Shown here in pieces: positions 46,221 through 60,678 of a stretch of 64,000 nt of DNA (the stretch's first letter is position 1; the number at the start of each line of letters is the position of its first letter). Origin of the DNA: Eledone cirrhosa (Eukaryota); assembly GCA_964016885.1 (NCBI GenBank), contig CAXHJY010001754.1, positions 10,096 through 74,095 of the forward strand. Reading direction: 5' to 3'. A program made the position numbers and the translations under genes. The notes beneath the pieces were generated by a model, which saw only the letters and a list, made by a program, of their open reading frames with translations, searched no databases and had not been told where the DNA came from.

Positions 46221-46857
46221 GGAGAGAGAGAGAGAGAAGTGGGTATGCATGTTTGTATATTTGTCTATGTATTTATATATGCACCAGTGAACGAACTCCT
46301 ATATATCTACATAACAGATCATTCTCAGGTGCGAATTAATAAAGCGTGGAAATGTAATCGGGCTAAAATATTAAAAGCTAACGACCCTTTGAAAGACGCG
46401 ATAGAATCCCTTAGAGGTTGTAGTTATTAAAACGTCAAGATGAAAACACCAACGAGATTTATTGGATGCTCCATTTTATTTTCCAATTTTTTCCCTTCTG
46501 TTTTCTAAGACGTTTTCTTATCCGGTTTTTCCCCTTTCTTTTATAGTCTTAAAGTGTGTTTAATGTGTATTACAAAGCTAAAACCCATCAGCGTTGAGTA
46601 TTTTTATAAAAAGTGAAAAGAATCTTATACAAATTCCCTCGTCAAAATGGCGTCAGGCTATCAGGTGAGAAAGAAAATGGCGACTATACATAAATGTTAA
46701 CATCGTTTTACCTAGAAACTATTTTGTTTGTTTGTTGGTTTTTACCTTTTGCCCTAGGTCAGCCCTGATCTCTCAGAAATATAATGAGAAACTTTCCAGT
46801 AATGACCCACACGTCTTTACGATGTAATGATGCACACAACTTATTTCAGATACCTTC

Positions 46858-47040
46858 ATTACAGTATCGGTAGCGGGTCGGACGCCATGCTTTGACGCAT
46901 AAAGTTACGGCCCTTTCCATTCTTAGTTCAAATCTCCCCAAGGTAAACTTTGCCTTTCATCATTTACGGGGTCGATAAAATAAAGTACCAGTAATGTACT
47001 GATATAATTGCTGGCCTTGTGCCCAAAGTAGAAACAATTA
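46858..47040 (+). mobile_element. SINE copy
   Basis: CAGTATCGGTAGCGGGTCGGAC...GGGGTCGATAAAATAAAGTACC...GAAACAATTA. Confidence 0.85.
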
Positions 47041-47359
47041 TATATGTGACTATATTATCCTATATCTACTTCAATTTCAATTTTTAAAGACTTAATGACA
47101 ATAGTGTGTGGTTTGGAGTGCTTAGGGAGGGATTCAGCTATTATTTCTAGCAGGTTAGGAGGTTAAAAGAGGCTTTGGTAGTTTGTATAGCCCCAACTTA
47201 GAAGAAGCTTTGCGTTTTTGTTTAACCCCAAATTGGTGTTGATCTAACAGTTGTTGATGATGATGATGACCACAATCATCACCATTATCATTAACCCATT
47301 ACCAGAATTACTCTCGTGATAATATAGTTCACCTAGTAATTCTACCTCTTCCTTCTCCT

Positions 47360-47517
47360 CATCCTCATCATCATCATCATCATCATCATCCTCATCATCA
47401 TCATCATCATGTTCCTGATGGTTGCCATTACAATCACAACCCTCAGAAGCAGCAGTTACCAATACCAATATCAACACTACCACCGCCTCTACCCCCAATA
47501 TTACCACCACCAATACC

Positions 47518-47549
<32 letters not shown>

Positions 47550-49200
47550 CAACAACAACACCATGACCAGCACCACCACCATAACCAGCACCAACACCAC
47601 CACCACCACCACCACCACCACAAACCACCAGCACCACCACCACCATCACCACCACCACCACCATCACCACCATCACTACCACCACCATACCACCACCAAC
47701 ACCACCATCACCAGCACCACCACCACCACCACCACCAACACCACCATCACCACCACCACCACCACCACCACCACCACCACCACCACCACCACCACCACCA
47801 CCACCACCATCACCACCACCACCACCACCATCACCACCATCACTACCACCACCATACCACCACCAACACCACCATCACCAGCACCACCACCACCACCACC
47901 ACCAACACCACCATCACCACCACCACCACCACCACCACCACCACCACCACCACCACCATCACCACCACCACCACCATTACAACCAACACCACCATCACCA
48001 CCACCACCACCACCACCATCACCACCACCACCACCATCACCACCACCACCACCACCACCATCACCACCACCACCACCATCACCACCACCACCACCACCAC
48101 CATCACCACCACCACCAACACCACCACCATCACCAACACCACCACCATCACCACCACCACCACCACCACCATCACCACCACCACCACCATCACCACCACC
48201 ACCACCACCATCACCACCACCACCAACACCACCACCACCACCAACACCACCAACACCACCATCACCAGCACCACCACCACCATCACCACCACCACCATTA
48301 CAACCACCACCACCACCACCACCACCACCAACACCACCACCACCTCTGTCACCACTGTAATCACAATACAATCAACATCATTTGTCCTTGTCTTCTGGTT
48401 TTCGTCGTCTTCTTATCATCATGGTGGTAGTTGTGACTGTCCCCAGCATCGTACTTAGCCCCCCCCCCCCCCCCCCGCCAAGACCCAACTACCACCACAC
48501 CGCCATCATCACTACAAGCAACACTACCACCAAAACAATACTACCACCGCCATCATCAAAACCTTTAACAGCAGTAGCACCACCACCATCATTACTGCTA
48601 CCAAAACTACCACAAGATCCACCCCCACTATAACCACCATCACCATCACCATCACCACCACCACCACCCTCATCATCAGCACCATCACTACCACTACCAG
48701 ACACCACCATCATCATCATCACGACCATATTCCTATCTTCAACTCGCAAACCATCATCACAACCACAAGCAATGCAGCACCAACACCACCACCACCACTA
48801 CCACCACCGTCTCACCTCTTCTCCCACCATCAACACTACCACCACCACCACAACCACCACCACCACCACAACCACCACCGTCACCTCTTCTCACACCATC
48901 AACACTACCACCACCACCACCACCATCACCACTACCACCACCGTCACCCCTTCTCCCACCATCAACACTACCACCACCACCACCACAAACCACCACCGTC
49001 ACCCCTTCTCCCACCATCAACACTACCACCACCACCACAACCACCACCACCACCACTACCACCACCGTCACCCCTTCTCCCACCATCAACACTACCACCA
49101 CCACCACCACCACCACCACTACCACCACCACCACCACCACCACAACCACCACCACCACAACCACCACCACCACCACCACCACCACCACCACCACCACAAC
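47360..49200. repeat. Long degenerate (CAC/CAT/CAA)n trinucleotide tract
   Basis: Direct inspection; yields poly-H/T/P/G/V pseudo-ORFs. Confidence 0.9.
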
Positions 49201-49271
49201 CAACCAGCCATATACCAGCAGCTCGTAAATACATTTGGGTGTCTCCCAGTTTAATCAGAAACAAAGTGCGG

Positions 49272-49350
49272 GTAAGAAGTCGTTGATAAGCAAATCCACA
49301 TCTTTTTCTTGTTTCTTTCTCTTCTTCTTGTTTGGTGTTTCTCTCTACAG
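49272..49350 (+). other. Candidate 79-nt GT-AG intron
   Basis: CGG|GTAAGA donor, long polypyrimidine tract, ctctctacAG|G acceptor. Confidence 0.4.
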
Positions 49351-49564
49351 GAACAAGAGTACTCTACTAGTTAGACTAATTATACAGCAGCTGATAAATA
49401 ATGGCAAAGTTTACATTACTACGCGTCAACAGTCCCCAACTTTTGATCAATTTGTCTGACCTCTCCAACACCTTCAGATTCCTGGTTCCATTCTGACTCT
49501 CAAAGACAGAGAAAAAATATAAATAAAATTATAACATTTATAAAACTAATATATATATATATAT

Positions 49565-49865
49565 ATATATAAACAAGGTTTAGCAAATAATGAAAAAGTT
49601 TCAAAATAAATTTTAAAAAATTGACTTTACCTACTATAGTTAGGCCTCCGTTTATTTTTGGGATTCGAAACCGATCGGTAAAGGTAACTATAGTAGGTAA
49701 AGTCAATTTTTTAAAATTTATTTTGAAACTTTTTCATTATTTGCTAAACCTTGTTTATATATGTTCTGGCTCGTTAATTTATTAACCTGCCATTGAACCA
49801 CATTGGCATTTGGTTGGACAATACATGCGTCCCTTAGCGCCTTGTGCGTGAAGGAACACATATCC

Positions 49866-49868
<3 letters not shown>
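49565..49868 (+). mobile_element. Fold-back element (family D) in (TA)n with HHR 3' half in the spacer
   Basis: Perfect ~76-bp arms 49567-49642/49685-49760; spacer has CGAAACCGATCGGTA; unique tail to 49868. Confidence 0.7.
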
Positions 49869-49928
<60 letters not shown>

Positions 49929-49932
<4 letters not shown>

Positions 49933-50131
49933 AACGAGTAGGACCCCGACGGCTGAGCTCAAGCCGTTTCGACGGCTAATTCTGGACTAAAATTAGTCCA
50001 GAATTAGCCGTCGAAACGGCTTGAGCTCAGCCGTCGGGGTCCTACTCGTTCCTATTACCCACTCTACTACCCTAAGTATTGAGTACTTTGGTGCGTTATG
50101 GTCCACCTGGTTCATTACCACATTTCCTTCG

Positions 50132-50134
<3 letters not shown>
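49929..50134 (+). mobile_element. Family A fold-back element
   Basis: Essentially perfect palindrome 49929-50054 plus tail; (TA)n on both sides. Confidence 0.8.
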
Positions 50135-50167
<33 letters not shown>

Positions 50168-50268
50168 GGTATAGAAATTGTTTTAGCGAGAAGCTAATAG
50201 TATTCTATAACATATATATATATATGTATATATATAGAAGTGGTTACACAACAGTTAGTTCACCATAC

Positions 50269-50306
50269 CGAGAACAATTGTTTCACCTGAGCGAATCCTC
50301 AGCTCG
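50269..50306 (-). ncRNA. Minimal hammerhead motif (weak stem II)
   Basis: rc: cgag CTGAGGA ttcgctcaggt GAAAC aatt GTT ctcg. Confidence 0.5.
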
Positions 50307-50721
50307 TAATGGACATGGCTATACGGAACAGGAAGGACAACCGTACGAACGCGCATGCGCAGAAACGATCACTTCACACAACTCGTCCTAACACTTCTAC
50401 CTAACTCGTCCCATGGACTGAGTGCTCTACCACTACGGATATTACCTTCCATTGTTCTACCACTATATATATATATATAGTAATAATAATAAATATGAAG
50501 ACTAAAATCGAAAGAGGGCTCGATAAGGATAAATATATATCAAATATATAAGAACCCTAAAGCAAATATTTATTAAAATAGCAGATTAAAGTTTAAGCAA
50601 AGAGCCCTCTTTGGATTTTACTCTTCACATTTATTATGAAGGATTCGAGACCCCGACGGCTGAGCTGCTGCCGTTTTAACACCTAGTTCCAAACTCTTAT
50701 TTATATATATATATATGTATA

Positions 50722-50776
<55 letters not shown>

Positions 50777-50922
50777 TTTTGAGTTTATGTTGGTTGTATA
50801 CCAACACCTCAGTATGCAGGCTGGAGCACTCGACGAAGTGCGCAGGTTGGTTTGGTTACTCCGGAGTAGTGTAAAATAAAGTTAAATAAAAGTCAAATGA
50901 TTAAAATTTAGCTTCGTTTATT

Positions 50923-50977
50923 ACTGCTATATATATTTCAGTGACAGCCATCTTTGGCTGTGACCTCTTCAGGCAGT
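50923..50977 (-). ncRNA. Minimal type I hammerhead ribozyme
   Basis: rc: actgc CTGAAGA ggtcacagcc aaagat ggctgtcact GAAA tatatATA gcagt, then AATAAA; perfect stem I, 9/10 stem II. Confidence 0.85.
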
Positions 50978-51082
<105 letters not shown>

Positions 51083-51143
51083 CATATATATATTTTCGGG
51101 GAAATTATTGGATTTTTCAAATTTAAAGGTTTATTTCACGCTT

Positions 51144-51205
51144 TACCCTCTGAAGAGCTCAGGCTATTTTAACTAATAATCTTCAGTGAAATACGTATAA
51201 TGGAG
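51144..51205 (+). ncRNA. Minimal hammerhead motif, partly decayed
   Basis: taccct CTGAAGA gctcagg ... cttcagt GAAA tacgtATA atggag. Confidence 0.5.
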
Positions 51206-51243
51206 TTTTAAATAATCAATCAACTGAATATGGCTTCCGATCT

Positions 51244-51277
<34 letters not shown>

Positions 51278-51548
51278 GGGGGGGTGTACGTATGTACATA
51301 TGTATGTATGTACGTATGTAAAACTGTTTTGCGTATATATGTGTGAGTATATTTATGTATGCGCATGCGTATTGAGAGATTTGCTGACACGTGTTTACAG
51401 AGGACCGGTGAGTTTGTTTCATGTAAACCACAAAACCACTTTCACCACAACAATTCAATTATTTATAAAGAGATGGATATAAATAAATAATGGAGAGATG
51501 GAAGTAAGTAAAAGGGAGAGAAGAGAACACACACACACACATATACAA

Positions 51549-51580
<32 letters not shown>

Positions 51581-51691
51581 AGACACACATACAGACAGAC
51601 ATACAGACACACAGGCACACACACCGACACATGCATGTATAAATATATATTATCTGTATATATATATATATATAACATATACGTATGTAAA

Positions 51692-51759
<68 letters not shown>

Positions 51760-51801
51760 TACATATTTATATACGTATATAAATGTATATATATATAATA
51801 T

Positions 51802-51899
<98 letters not shown>

Positions 51900-51926
51900 T
51901 ACATATTTATATACGTATATAAATGT

Positions 51927-52029
<103 letters not shown>

Positions 52030-52096
52030 CACACATACATATTTATATACGTATATAAATGTATATATATGTATATATATGTGTGTGTGTGTGTAA

Positions 52097-52149
<53 letters not shown>

Positions 52150-52912
52150 GAGAGAGAGGGAGAGAGAGAGAGAGAGGGGGGGGGGGAGAAAGAAAGTGTG
52201 CTGAGAATGTTTTGACAGAAATTTATGTTGACGCCGGTTGCCAGCAACGCGTGCCTCTACTTGAGGAAAACGGGGGTTCTTTAAGAATAACCAGAAAAAC
52301 AACAACAGCAACATCAACAGCAACAGCAGCATCAACAGCAACAACAGCAGCAACAAGAACAGCAACGACAGCAGCAACAACAGCCACAACAATAGCAGCA
52401 ACAATAGCCATCAACAGTCATCACAAAAGCCACAATAAGGAGGACATTCTTCACAACCACCGCCAGCACCGCGCCACGCCCAAACCATCACAACCACCGC
52501 CGCCACACCAACAACACCACCACCGCACCATCAAAACCACCACAACCACCGCTACACCAAAGCCATCACAACCACCACCACCACCAGCACCACACCATCA
52601 AAACCACCACAGCCACCACCAAACCATTACAGCCACCACCTCATCATCACAACCACGCCACGCCACCAAACCACCACAACCAGCGCCACACCATCAAAAC
52701 CACAACCGCCCCTCCATCAAAACCATTAGCATTAACAATATCAAAAACACCAGTAATAACAATGAACTAAATAGCAAACGACCTCATTCTGTCTACGAGT
52801 ATTTTAAGAGAATACACAATTGCTAAAGTAAACTTTGAAATTTAGATTTGATTTATCGAAGTGACACTAATAATGTCTTCTATGTTAAGGTAGTATTGTT
52901 GTTTAGCTCCGA

Positions 52913-53314
52913 GCTAGCTCTGACTGACGAGAAAGTCATATATTCAAAGACATCTAGCTCTGACTGACGAGAAATTCTTATATTCAAAGACATCTAGCTC
53001 TGACTGACGAGAAAGTCTTATATTCAAAGACGTCTAGCTCTGACTGACGAGAAAGTCTTATATTCAAAGACATCTAGCTCTGACTGACGAGAAAGTCATA
53101 TATTCAAAGGCATCTAGCTCTGACTGACGAGAAAGTCTTATATTCAAAGACATCTAGCTCTGACTGACGAGAAAGTCTTATATTCAAAGACATCTAGCTC
53201 TGACTGACGAGAAAGTCTTATATTCAAAGACATCTAGCTCTGACTGATCTGAAAGTCTTATATTCAAAGACATCTAGCTCTGTCTGACGTGAAAGTCTTA
53301 TATTCAAAAACGTC
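52913..53314. repeat. 40-bp minisatellite x10 (CTAGCTCTGACTGACGAGAAAGTCTTATATTCAAAGACAT)
   Basis: Direct inspection. Confidence 0.95.
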
Positions 53315-53374
53315 TCAAACGTACTCAGTTTTTCTTTTTTGCTTTTTTTGTTTACAGTAAAATATATCCCATTT

Positions 53375-53710
53375 CGGCCGATTCTATTCGCGATCGTTTA
53401 TCTTTCAGCCGAAAGGGATTCCTCCGAAGGGTCTTTGGAGTAACGTTACTCGATAAAGAATGTGAAGCTCGGAGATCAGGGAGTCACTCCATGTAGAGCC
53501 GCTACTTCTCCGAATTGAGAGATCTCACAGCTCTGATACTATAGACATGTGGTTAGAACATCTCAGGAAAGAATCGCTGGACAGATTGTACGGACATAAC
53601 CAAAAGACAGGAGACCCAGGGGTAGACCCCAAGCAAGATGGTTGGATAACATCTATTTGCTAGGCTGGCCACGCTTGGGACCCACTGGGGGGAATGTTCG
53701 AGAACTCTGC
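53375..53710 (+). mobile_element. RTE-clade LINE ORF C-terminal fragment
   Basis: With frameshifts reads ...LHVEPLLLRIERSHSS..YYRHVVRTSQERIAGQIVRT*PKDRRPRGRPQARWLDNI. Confidence 0.75.
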
Positions 53711-54352
53711 CCCAACGACCACGGCAGGATTTGAACTCAGAGAGCAGAAAGTCGGAACTTATACCACTAAGTATTCTATCTGACGTTCGAATGACTTTAC
53801 CAATTTTCCTCCTACATCCAATCCACAGATATTGATAAACGCAACATAAACACATACACACATACATTCACACATACACACACAGCAGAGAGGTATGTGT
53901 AAAGAGACATGTCTCAGTTTATCAGAGAGTTTTACTGATTCATACACTTATAAAGTTATCACTTGAACAAACAAACAAACATTGGGAGAAGATTAGTGGC
54001 TAGAAAGATTTTGTAGAGCTGAATAAAAACTGACCACACGCCATCGCTGTGGCTGAGTACTTCATTGGAACAACATATAATTTATATGACCACGTACTGA
54101 CATAAACACTGGGCAAACACCACGCCATTACTGACCACCGCCAACACCACCACCACCACTGACACCGCCAACACCATTCTCAATCACCACTACCCCCATT
54201 ACCACCTCCATCACGACTACCACTACTACTACCGCCACCCCCACCCCCACCAACATCTCCATCGTTGCCACCACTACAAACCGTTATTATCACAAAACTA
54301 CGCGCACACACACACACACATACACATACACACACGGACACACACGGACACG

Positions 54353-54385
<33 letters not shown>

Positions 54386-54390
<5 letters not shown>

Positions 54391-54481
54391 GTCCCAAAAA
54401 AGGTATACACACTTTGATTACCTGTACAGGCAATATTTATTAGAATGATGTTGAAGTGTGTATACATTTTTGGGGAGACAC

Positions 54482-54483
<2 letters not shown>
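54386..54483. mobile_element. Tc1/mariner-type MITE in (TA)n
   Basis: Imperfect TIRs AGGGTGTCCCAAAAAAGGTATACACACTT / AAGTGTGTATACATTTTTGGGGAGACACCT; partial relative at 32318-32362. Confidence 0.65.
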
Positions 54484-54536
<53 letters not shown>

Positions 54537-54668
54537 AGTCTAGCAAACCCTATTGTCCGTAGTTAATATTTTTTTCACTTTACCGATTTTGGTCCATTAC
54601 GATTTGAATACATATATATATATATGTCTGTGTTCGTTTTTCCTTTTTGTTCAGTTATATATATATAC

Positions 54669-54734
<66 letters not shown>

Positions 54735-55288
54735 ACACACACATACACATACATCCACACATACGTGTATGTATATAGGTATTGCTGAAAAAAAAAAAAT
54801 TAAAATCTTTATTGGATGGTCGGGACTTGTTTTTCAGCCCGTAGGGTGTCCAAAATCACCCTCCTCACCAAGAAAGATTTGTGGGGTTATATATATAATA
54901 TAACTATAAATACATTTGTTAAAGTGCACACACAACGTTGCGTATATTCAAAATGTTCATTTATACATACTCAACCTCATCTACATCCACATATATATAT
55001 ATATATATACGTGTGTGTGTGTGTGTATATGTTTCTATATACATATATATATGTATACATGTGTATGTGTGTGCATGTGTATTTACAACGATCTTACTAT
55101 ACAAGTGTATATGTATATATGCGGTCCTGTGATGGTTTAAGTACATATATACACGTTGACGTACAGAGAAAATTGCTCACATTTATACATATATGTACAA
55201 ATATATATGCAATACAATATATATTCGTATATATGTGGTCCTGTAATAGTTTAAGTACATATATATATATATATATGTGTATATATAT

Positions 55289-55358
<70 letters not shown>

Positions 55359-55598
55359 CACACCTATAAGTACAAGTACACAGAAAATTGCTCCCATTTA
55401 TACATATATGTACAAATATATATGTAAGTGCATGCGTATGTGTATATGTATCTATGTGTATGTATGTATGTATGTATGTATGTATCTATGCGCATTTATA
55501 ACGATCTCAGAATACAATATATCTTCGTATAAATGCGGTCCTGTAATAGTTTAAGTACGCATATATGTATACATATATATATACATATATATATATAC

Positions 55599-55671
<73 letters not shown>

Positions 55672-55719
55672 GCATACATACATATATATATACATATATA
55701 CATGCATATATACATACAT

Positions 55720-55856
<137 letters not shown>

Positions 55857-56286
55857 CACACACACACGCCTACACGTACAAGTACAGAGAAAATGGCTGC
55901 CATTTATACACCCAAACGCATATACACGCGCGCCCACTCAAAATGGCGCGTGCCAGTTGTATTTATATTAGTAGCTGGGCTTTATGTTATTCGGTCAGAA
56001 CTATTAAAGTAGAATCTATACGATTCTTCAATGCTTCGATAGTTGGCCACCCAAATATTTATGGCGGAGAAAGTAACATATTTATGGAAGCCTTGCAAAC
56101 TGCTTTATTGTAGCATACAAACATATTTATGGAAGCGCAGTCAGATATAATTATGAAATGACCGTACAAACACACACACACACATACATATATATATACA
56201 TATATATACATATATATACATATATATATACATACATATAGACCACACATATGCATGAGAAAGCCACGCACACGCATATTCACATG

Positions 56287-56330
<44 letters not shown>

Positions 56331-56431
56331 GAAACACTCATGCACACATACATATATATACATATATATATACATACATATAGACCACACACATGCATGA
56401 GAAAGCCACGCACACGCATATTCACATGCAT

Positions 56432-56483
<52 letters not shown>

Positions 56484-56562
56484 ACACACATACATATATA
56501 TACATACATATAGACCACACACATGCATGAGAAAGCCACGCACACGCCTATTCACATGCATG

Positions 56563-56596
<34 letters not shown>

Positions 56597-56904
56597 GAAA
56601 CACTCATGCACACACATACACACATACACACACACATACACGCATACACACACACACACACATAAGAAGGTCATACATACGGACGTTCACGTGCATGCAT
56701 ACACACACAAATAGAAGCACACACACACACACATACACAGACACACATATAAGAAAGTCATACACACGCACGGACATTCACACACACACACACATACACA
56801 CACACACACACACAAACACACAGACACGTCTGTTTATAATGTCCGGTATATTTTCCATGGATTGTTCATAGTATCTATATATGATAGTGATAAAGAGAGA
56901 CTGA

Positions 56905-57882
56905 GAGAATGTGAGAGAGTGGGAGAGAGCGGGAGAGAGTGGGAGAGAGTGGGAGAGAGCGGGAGAGAGTGGGAGAGAGTGGGAGAGAGTGGGAGAGAGT
57001 GGGAGAGAGCTGAGATAGTGGCAGAAAGTGGAGAGAGAGTGGGAGAAAGAGAGTGGCAGAGAGTGGGAGAAAGAGAGTGGGAGAGAGTGGGAGAGAGTGG
57101 GAGAGAGCGGGAGAGAGTGGGAGAGAGCTGAGATAGTGGCAGAGAGTGGAGAGAGTGTGGGAGAAAGAGAGTGGCAGAGAGTGGGAGAAAGAGAGTGGGA
57201 GAGAGTGGAAGAGTGGGAGAGAGCGAGTGAGAGTGGGAGAGAGTGGGAGAGAGTGGGAGAGAGTGGGAGAGAGCGGGAGAGAGTGGGAGAGAGCTGAGAT
57301 AATGTCAGAGAGTGGAGAGAGAGTGGGAGAGAGTGGGAGAAAGAGAGTGGGAGAGAGTGGGAGAAAGAGAGTGGGAGAGAGTGGAAGAGTGGGAGAGTGT
57401 GGGAGATAGTTGAGAGAGTGGGAGAGAGTGGGAGGGAGTGGGAGAGAGTTGGGAGAGTGGGAGAGAGTGGGAGAGAGTTGAGATAGTGGGAGAGAGTGGG
57501 AGAGAGTTGAGAGAGTGGGAGAGAGTGGGAGAGAGTTGGGAGAGTGGGAGATAGTGGGAGAGAGTGGGAGAGTGGAGAGAGAGTGGGAGAGAGTGGGAGA
57601 GAGTTGATAGATAGTGGGAGAGAGTGGGAGAGAGTGGGAGAGAGTTGAGAGAGAGTGGGAGAGAGTGGGAGAGATTTGAGAGATAGTGGGAGAGAGTTGA
57701 GATAGTGGGAGAGAGTGGGAGAGTGGAGAGAGAGTTGAGAGATAGTGGGAGAGAGTTGAGATAGTGAGAAAGAGTGGGAGAGAGTGGGAGAGAGTGGGAG
57801 AGAGTGGGAGAGAGTGGGAGAGAGTTGAGAGATAGTGGTTGAGAGTTGAGATAGTGGGAGAGTGGAGAGAGTGGGAGAGAGA
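56905..57882. repeat. ~10-bp purine-rich tandem repeat (GTGGGAGAGA)n
   Basis: Direct inspection. Confidence 0.95.
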
Positions 57883-58010
57883 GGAAAGAAAGATGGTGTG
57901 ACAGAAATGGCCGATAGTGTGTGTGTAAAATATACTGTGGTATAGAGCCTGTGCGGTTATATATTCTATATTGTATATGTGTGTGTAGGTAATTGTACAT
58001 GTATGCGTGC

Positions 58011-58059
<49 letters not shown>

Positions 58060-58062
<3 letters not shown>

Positions 58063-58150
58063 CAAAGAAAGTGTGGTAAGAAACCAGGTAGACCATAACG
58101 CACCAGAGTACTAGAAACGGTCGGAGCTCAGCCGTTGGGGTCATGACTCT
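58060..58150 (-). mobile_element. Diverged, internally deleted family A element
   Basis: TAACAAAGAAAGTGTGGTAAG...CCAGAGTACT joined to GAAACGGTCGGAGCTCAGCCGTTGGGGTC. Confidence 0.6.
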
Positions 58151-58516
58151 TTTCATATATATATATTTATATGTGTGTGTGTGTGCGTGTGTAGTTTTAT
58201 GTATGTACGAGTTTGTATATGATTGTATATGGTTATATGTGAATGAGTGTGTGTATGTATTGTACGTAAGTCTGTATGTATGTATGTATGTATGTATGTA
58301 TGTATGTATGTATGTATGTATGTATGTATGTATGTATGTATGTATGTATGCGTTTGTATATGTAAATGAGTGTATGTATGTATTGTATGTACATCTGTGT
58401 ACATGTATGTATATATGTATATATGTATATATGTATATATGTATATATGTATGTATATATGTATGTATGTATATATCTGTACATGTATGTATGTATGTAT
58501 GTATGTATGTATATAT

Positions 58517-58812
58517 GTGAGCAAAGGCACTGCACAAAGCCAGTCCCACTCTCTTAACCAAGATGTTATTTACCAAATAGCTTCACGGCACAGGCATTGC
58601 TTTATATCTGGAGATCTCTCTGCACTTGTCATCACATGGTACCATGGGCCCAGCACTATGTGTCAATAATTGTCAGAGGTGTAGTGTTTGTACCAGAGTT
58701 TTCAAGTCGCTGGCTGGACTAAAAAGTCCCACTCGTTCAGCGCATCGGTAGGGGTTCTCCTACATGGATATAAAGTAGTGGTCGTACTCGAAAACGAGTT
58801 GGCAGCCACCAC
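58517..58812 (+). mobile_element. RTE-like LINE 3' end (second copy)
   Basis: [26 protein letters not shown]; near-identical to 26489-26720. Confidence 0.7.
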
Positions 58813-58836
58813 CATGTATATATGTATGTATGAATT

Positions 58837-58887
<51 letters not shown>

Positions 58888-59204
58888 ATATGAATTCATG
58901 TATGTATATATGTATGTATATATGAATATATATATGTATGTATGTATGAATTTATGTATATATATATATATGTATGTATATACGAATTCATGTATGTATA
59001 TATGTATGTATATATGAATATATATGTGTATGTATGTATGAATTTATGTATATATATATATATATGTATATATGAATTCATGTATGTATATATGTATGTA
59101 TTTATGAATATATATATGTATGTATGTATGAATTTATGTATATATATATATATATATGTATGTATATATGTATGTATATATGAATATATATATGTATGTA
59201 TTTA

Positions 59205-59257
<53 letters not shown>

Positions 59258-59686
59258 ATGTATGCGTTTTAGCGTGTACCAACGCGTGTCGTCTGCTCGT
59301 CTTTGAATGTGTGTAGAAAGACTAAAACGGGAACCGGTACTGCCAGAGCAAAGGATAGAAACTGGAGAAAAGATGCCATGTTTAAAGCATATTTGTTCTA
59401 AAACTGCAGCGAAGGTCTTTGGGCAAACTGGAATTCTCCAATGTAATTTGGATGTATATTAGAAAACAACATCAAATTGTCTGTGAGTTATTGCTCCAAG
59501 ATGGCTGCCTCCTCTTTAAACATTTAACTACTTCCAGTGAAAGATGTTAGGTTGGGGGAGGAGGACGATGGGGGATGGGGGATAAGGGTGAGGAGGAAGA
59601 TGAGGAGGAAGAGGAGTATAAAAGGAAAATCTGGAGGAAAATATGATTGAAGATTCCGATCGAGTAGCGATATATCTTTTAATTTG

Positions 59687-59745
<59 letters not shown>

Positions 59746-60044
59746 TATAAATATAAAACAATCAAATTTTAGTTCAATTTCTGACGATCGTTTCTTCCGG
59801 ACAACTGTCTGGATTCATCGGACCATACACAGTGTTTAAACAAGTATAATGCTAGTCTGCAGAACATTCATAAAGATTCATTACTATTGACAGTGTCAGT
59901 GACATCATATTGAAAAGCAGAAGTGACAAAAAGATATTATGTTATACTATCAAAATATTAGGAGCAATTGCGAAGAGTGAAAATATATATAGAAATATAT
60001 ATAGAAATATATAATATATATATCGCATTTCGGCAGGTAGAAAA

Positions 60045-60122
60045 AGCGAAACGAAACGCAAAATCAGAGTTATGCTGGCAAGTGCTCTATAGTTAAATAA
60101 ACCAGAGCTAAACATATGTTAA
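60045..60122 (+). pseudogene. Possible decayed C-terminus of a PLE GIY-YIG endonuclease
   Basis: SETKRKIRVMLASAL*LNKPELNIC*, resembling the KRKIxExxxI...KPxLN end of Penelope ORFs. Confidence 0.35.
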
Positions 60123-60326
60123 AACGCCATACAAACTGAAAAAGTGGTCAAGGAGGCATTAACCACCTAAGCCAAAAAATAAGTCAAGCTAAACAGGTCA
60201 GACAAAGAAACTAATCGAAGTGATTAGTTATGAGAATTATATGCCAGTAGTGAGCGGAACAGCGTGTTCAATGCGTATTAGAAACAAGACAAGCGACCAA
60301 TATAAGCCAGACATTTTTTGTATATG

Positions 60327-60408
<82 letters not shown>

Positions 60409-60411
<3 letters not shown>

Positions 60412-60611
60412 CGAAGGAAATGTGGTAAGGAACCAGATGGACCATAACGCACCAAAGTACTCAATACTTAGGGTAGTAGAGTGGGTATTAGGAACGAGTA
60501 GGACCCCGACGGCTGAGCTCAAGCCGTTTCGACGGCTAATTCTGGACTAAATTTAGTCCAGAATTAGCCGTCGAAACGGCTTGAGCTCAGCCGTCGGGGT
60601 CCTACTTGTTC

Positions 60612-60614
<3 letters not shown>
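60409..60614 (-). mobile_element. Family A fold-back element
   Basis: Near-identical reverse complement of 49929-50134. Confidence 0.8.

Positions 60615-60674
<60 letters not shown>

Positions 60675-60678
<4 letters not shown>

Noticed and set aside
47409-48458. Poly-His/Thr/Pro/Gly ORFs resembling extensin or formin FH1
   Set aside because: Open in multiple frames on both strands because of (CAC)n; no flanking domain or coherent splice context
52913-53314. 40-bp array as CRISPR or hammerhead satellite (CTGACGA-GAAA-GTC)
   Set aside because: No spacers, eukaryotic context; no stem II between core halves; appears to be a local amplification of a dispersed repeat resembling 46752-46810
56905-57882. 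Telomere-like G-rich repeat or 396-aa ORF
   Set aside because: Unit GTGGGAGAGA is not TTAGGG; the ORF is a repeat translation
58517-58535. miR-87-like GTGAGCAAAG (also miR-153-like TTGCATAGT at 18745)
   Set aside because: Only seed-length matches; no hairpin; the first lies in a LINE fragment
59779-59824. Hammerhead on minus strand (CCGATGA...GAAAC-GATC-GTC)
   Set aside because: Core mutated, stem II closing pair and stem I fail; at most a dead PLE remnant
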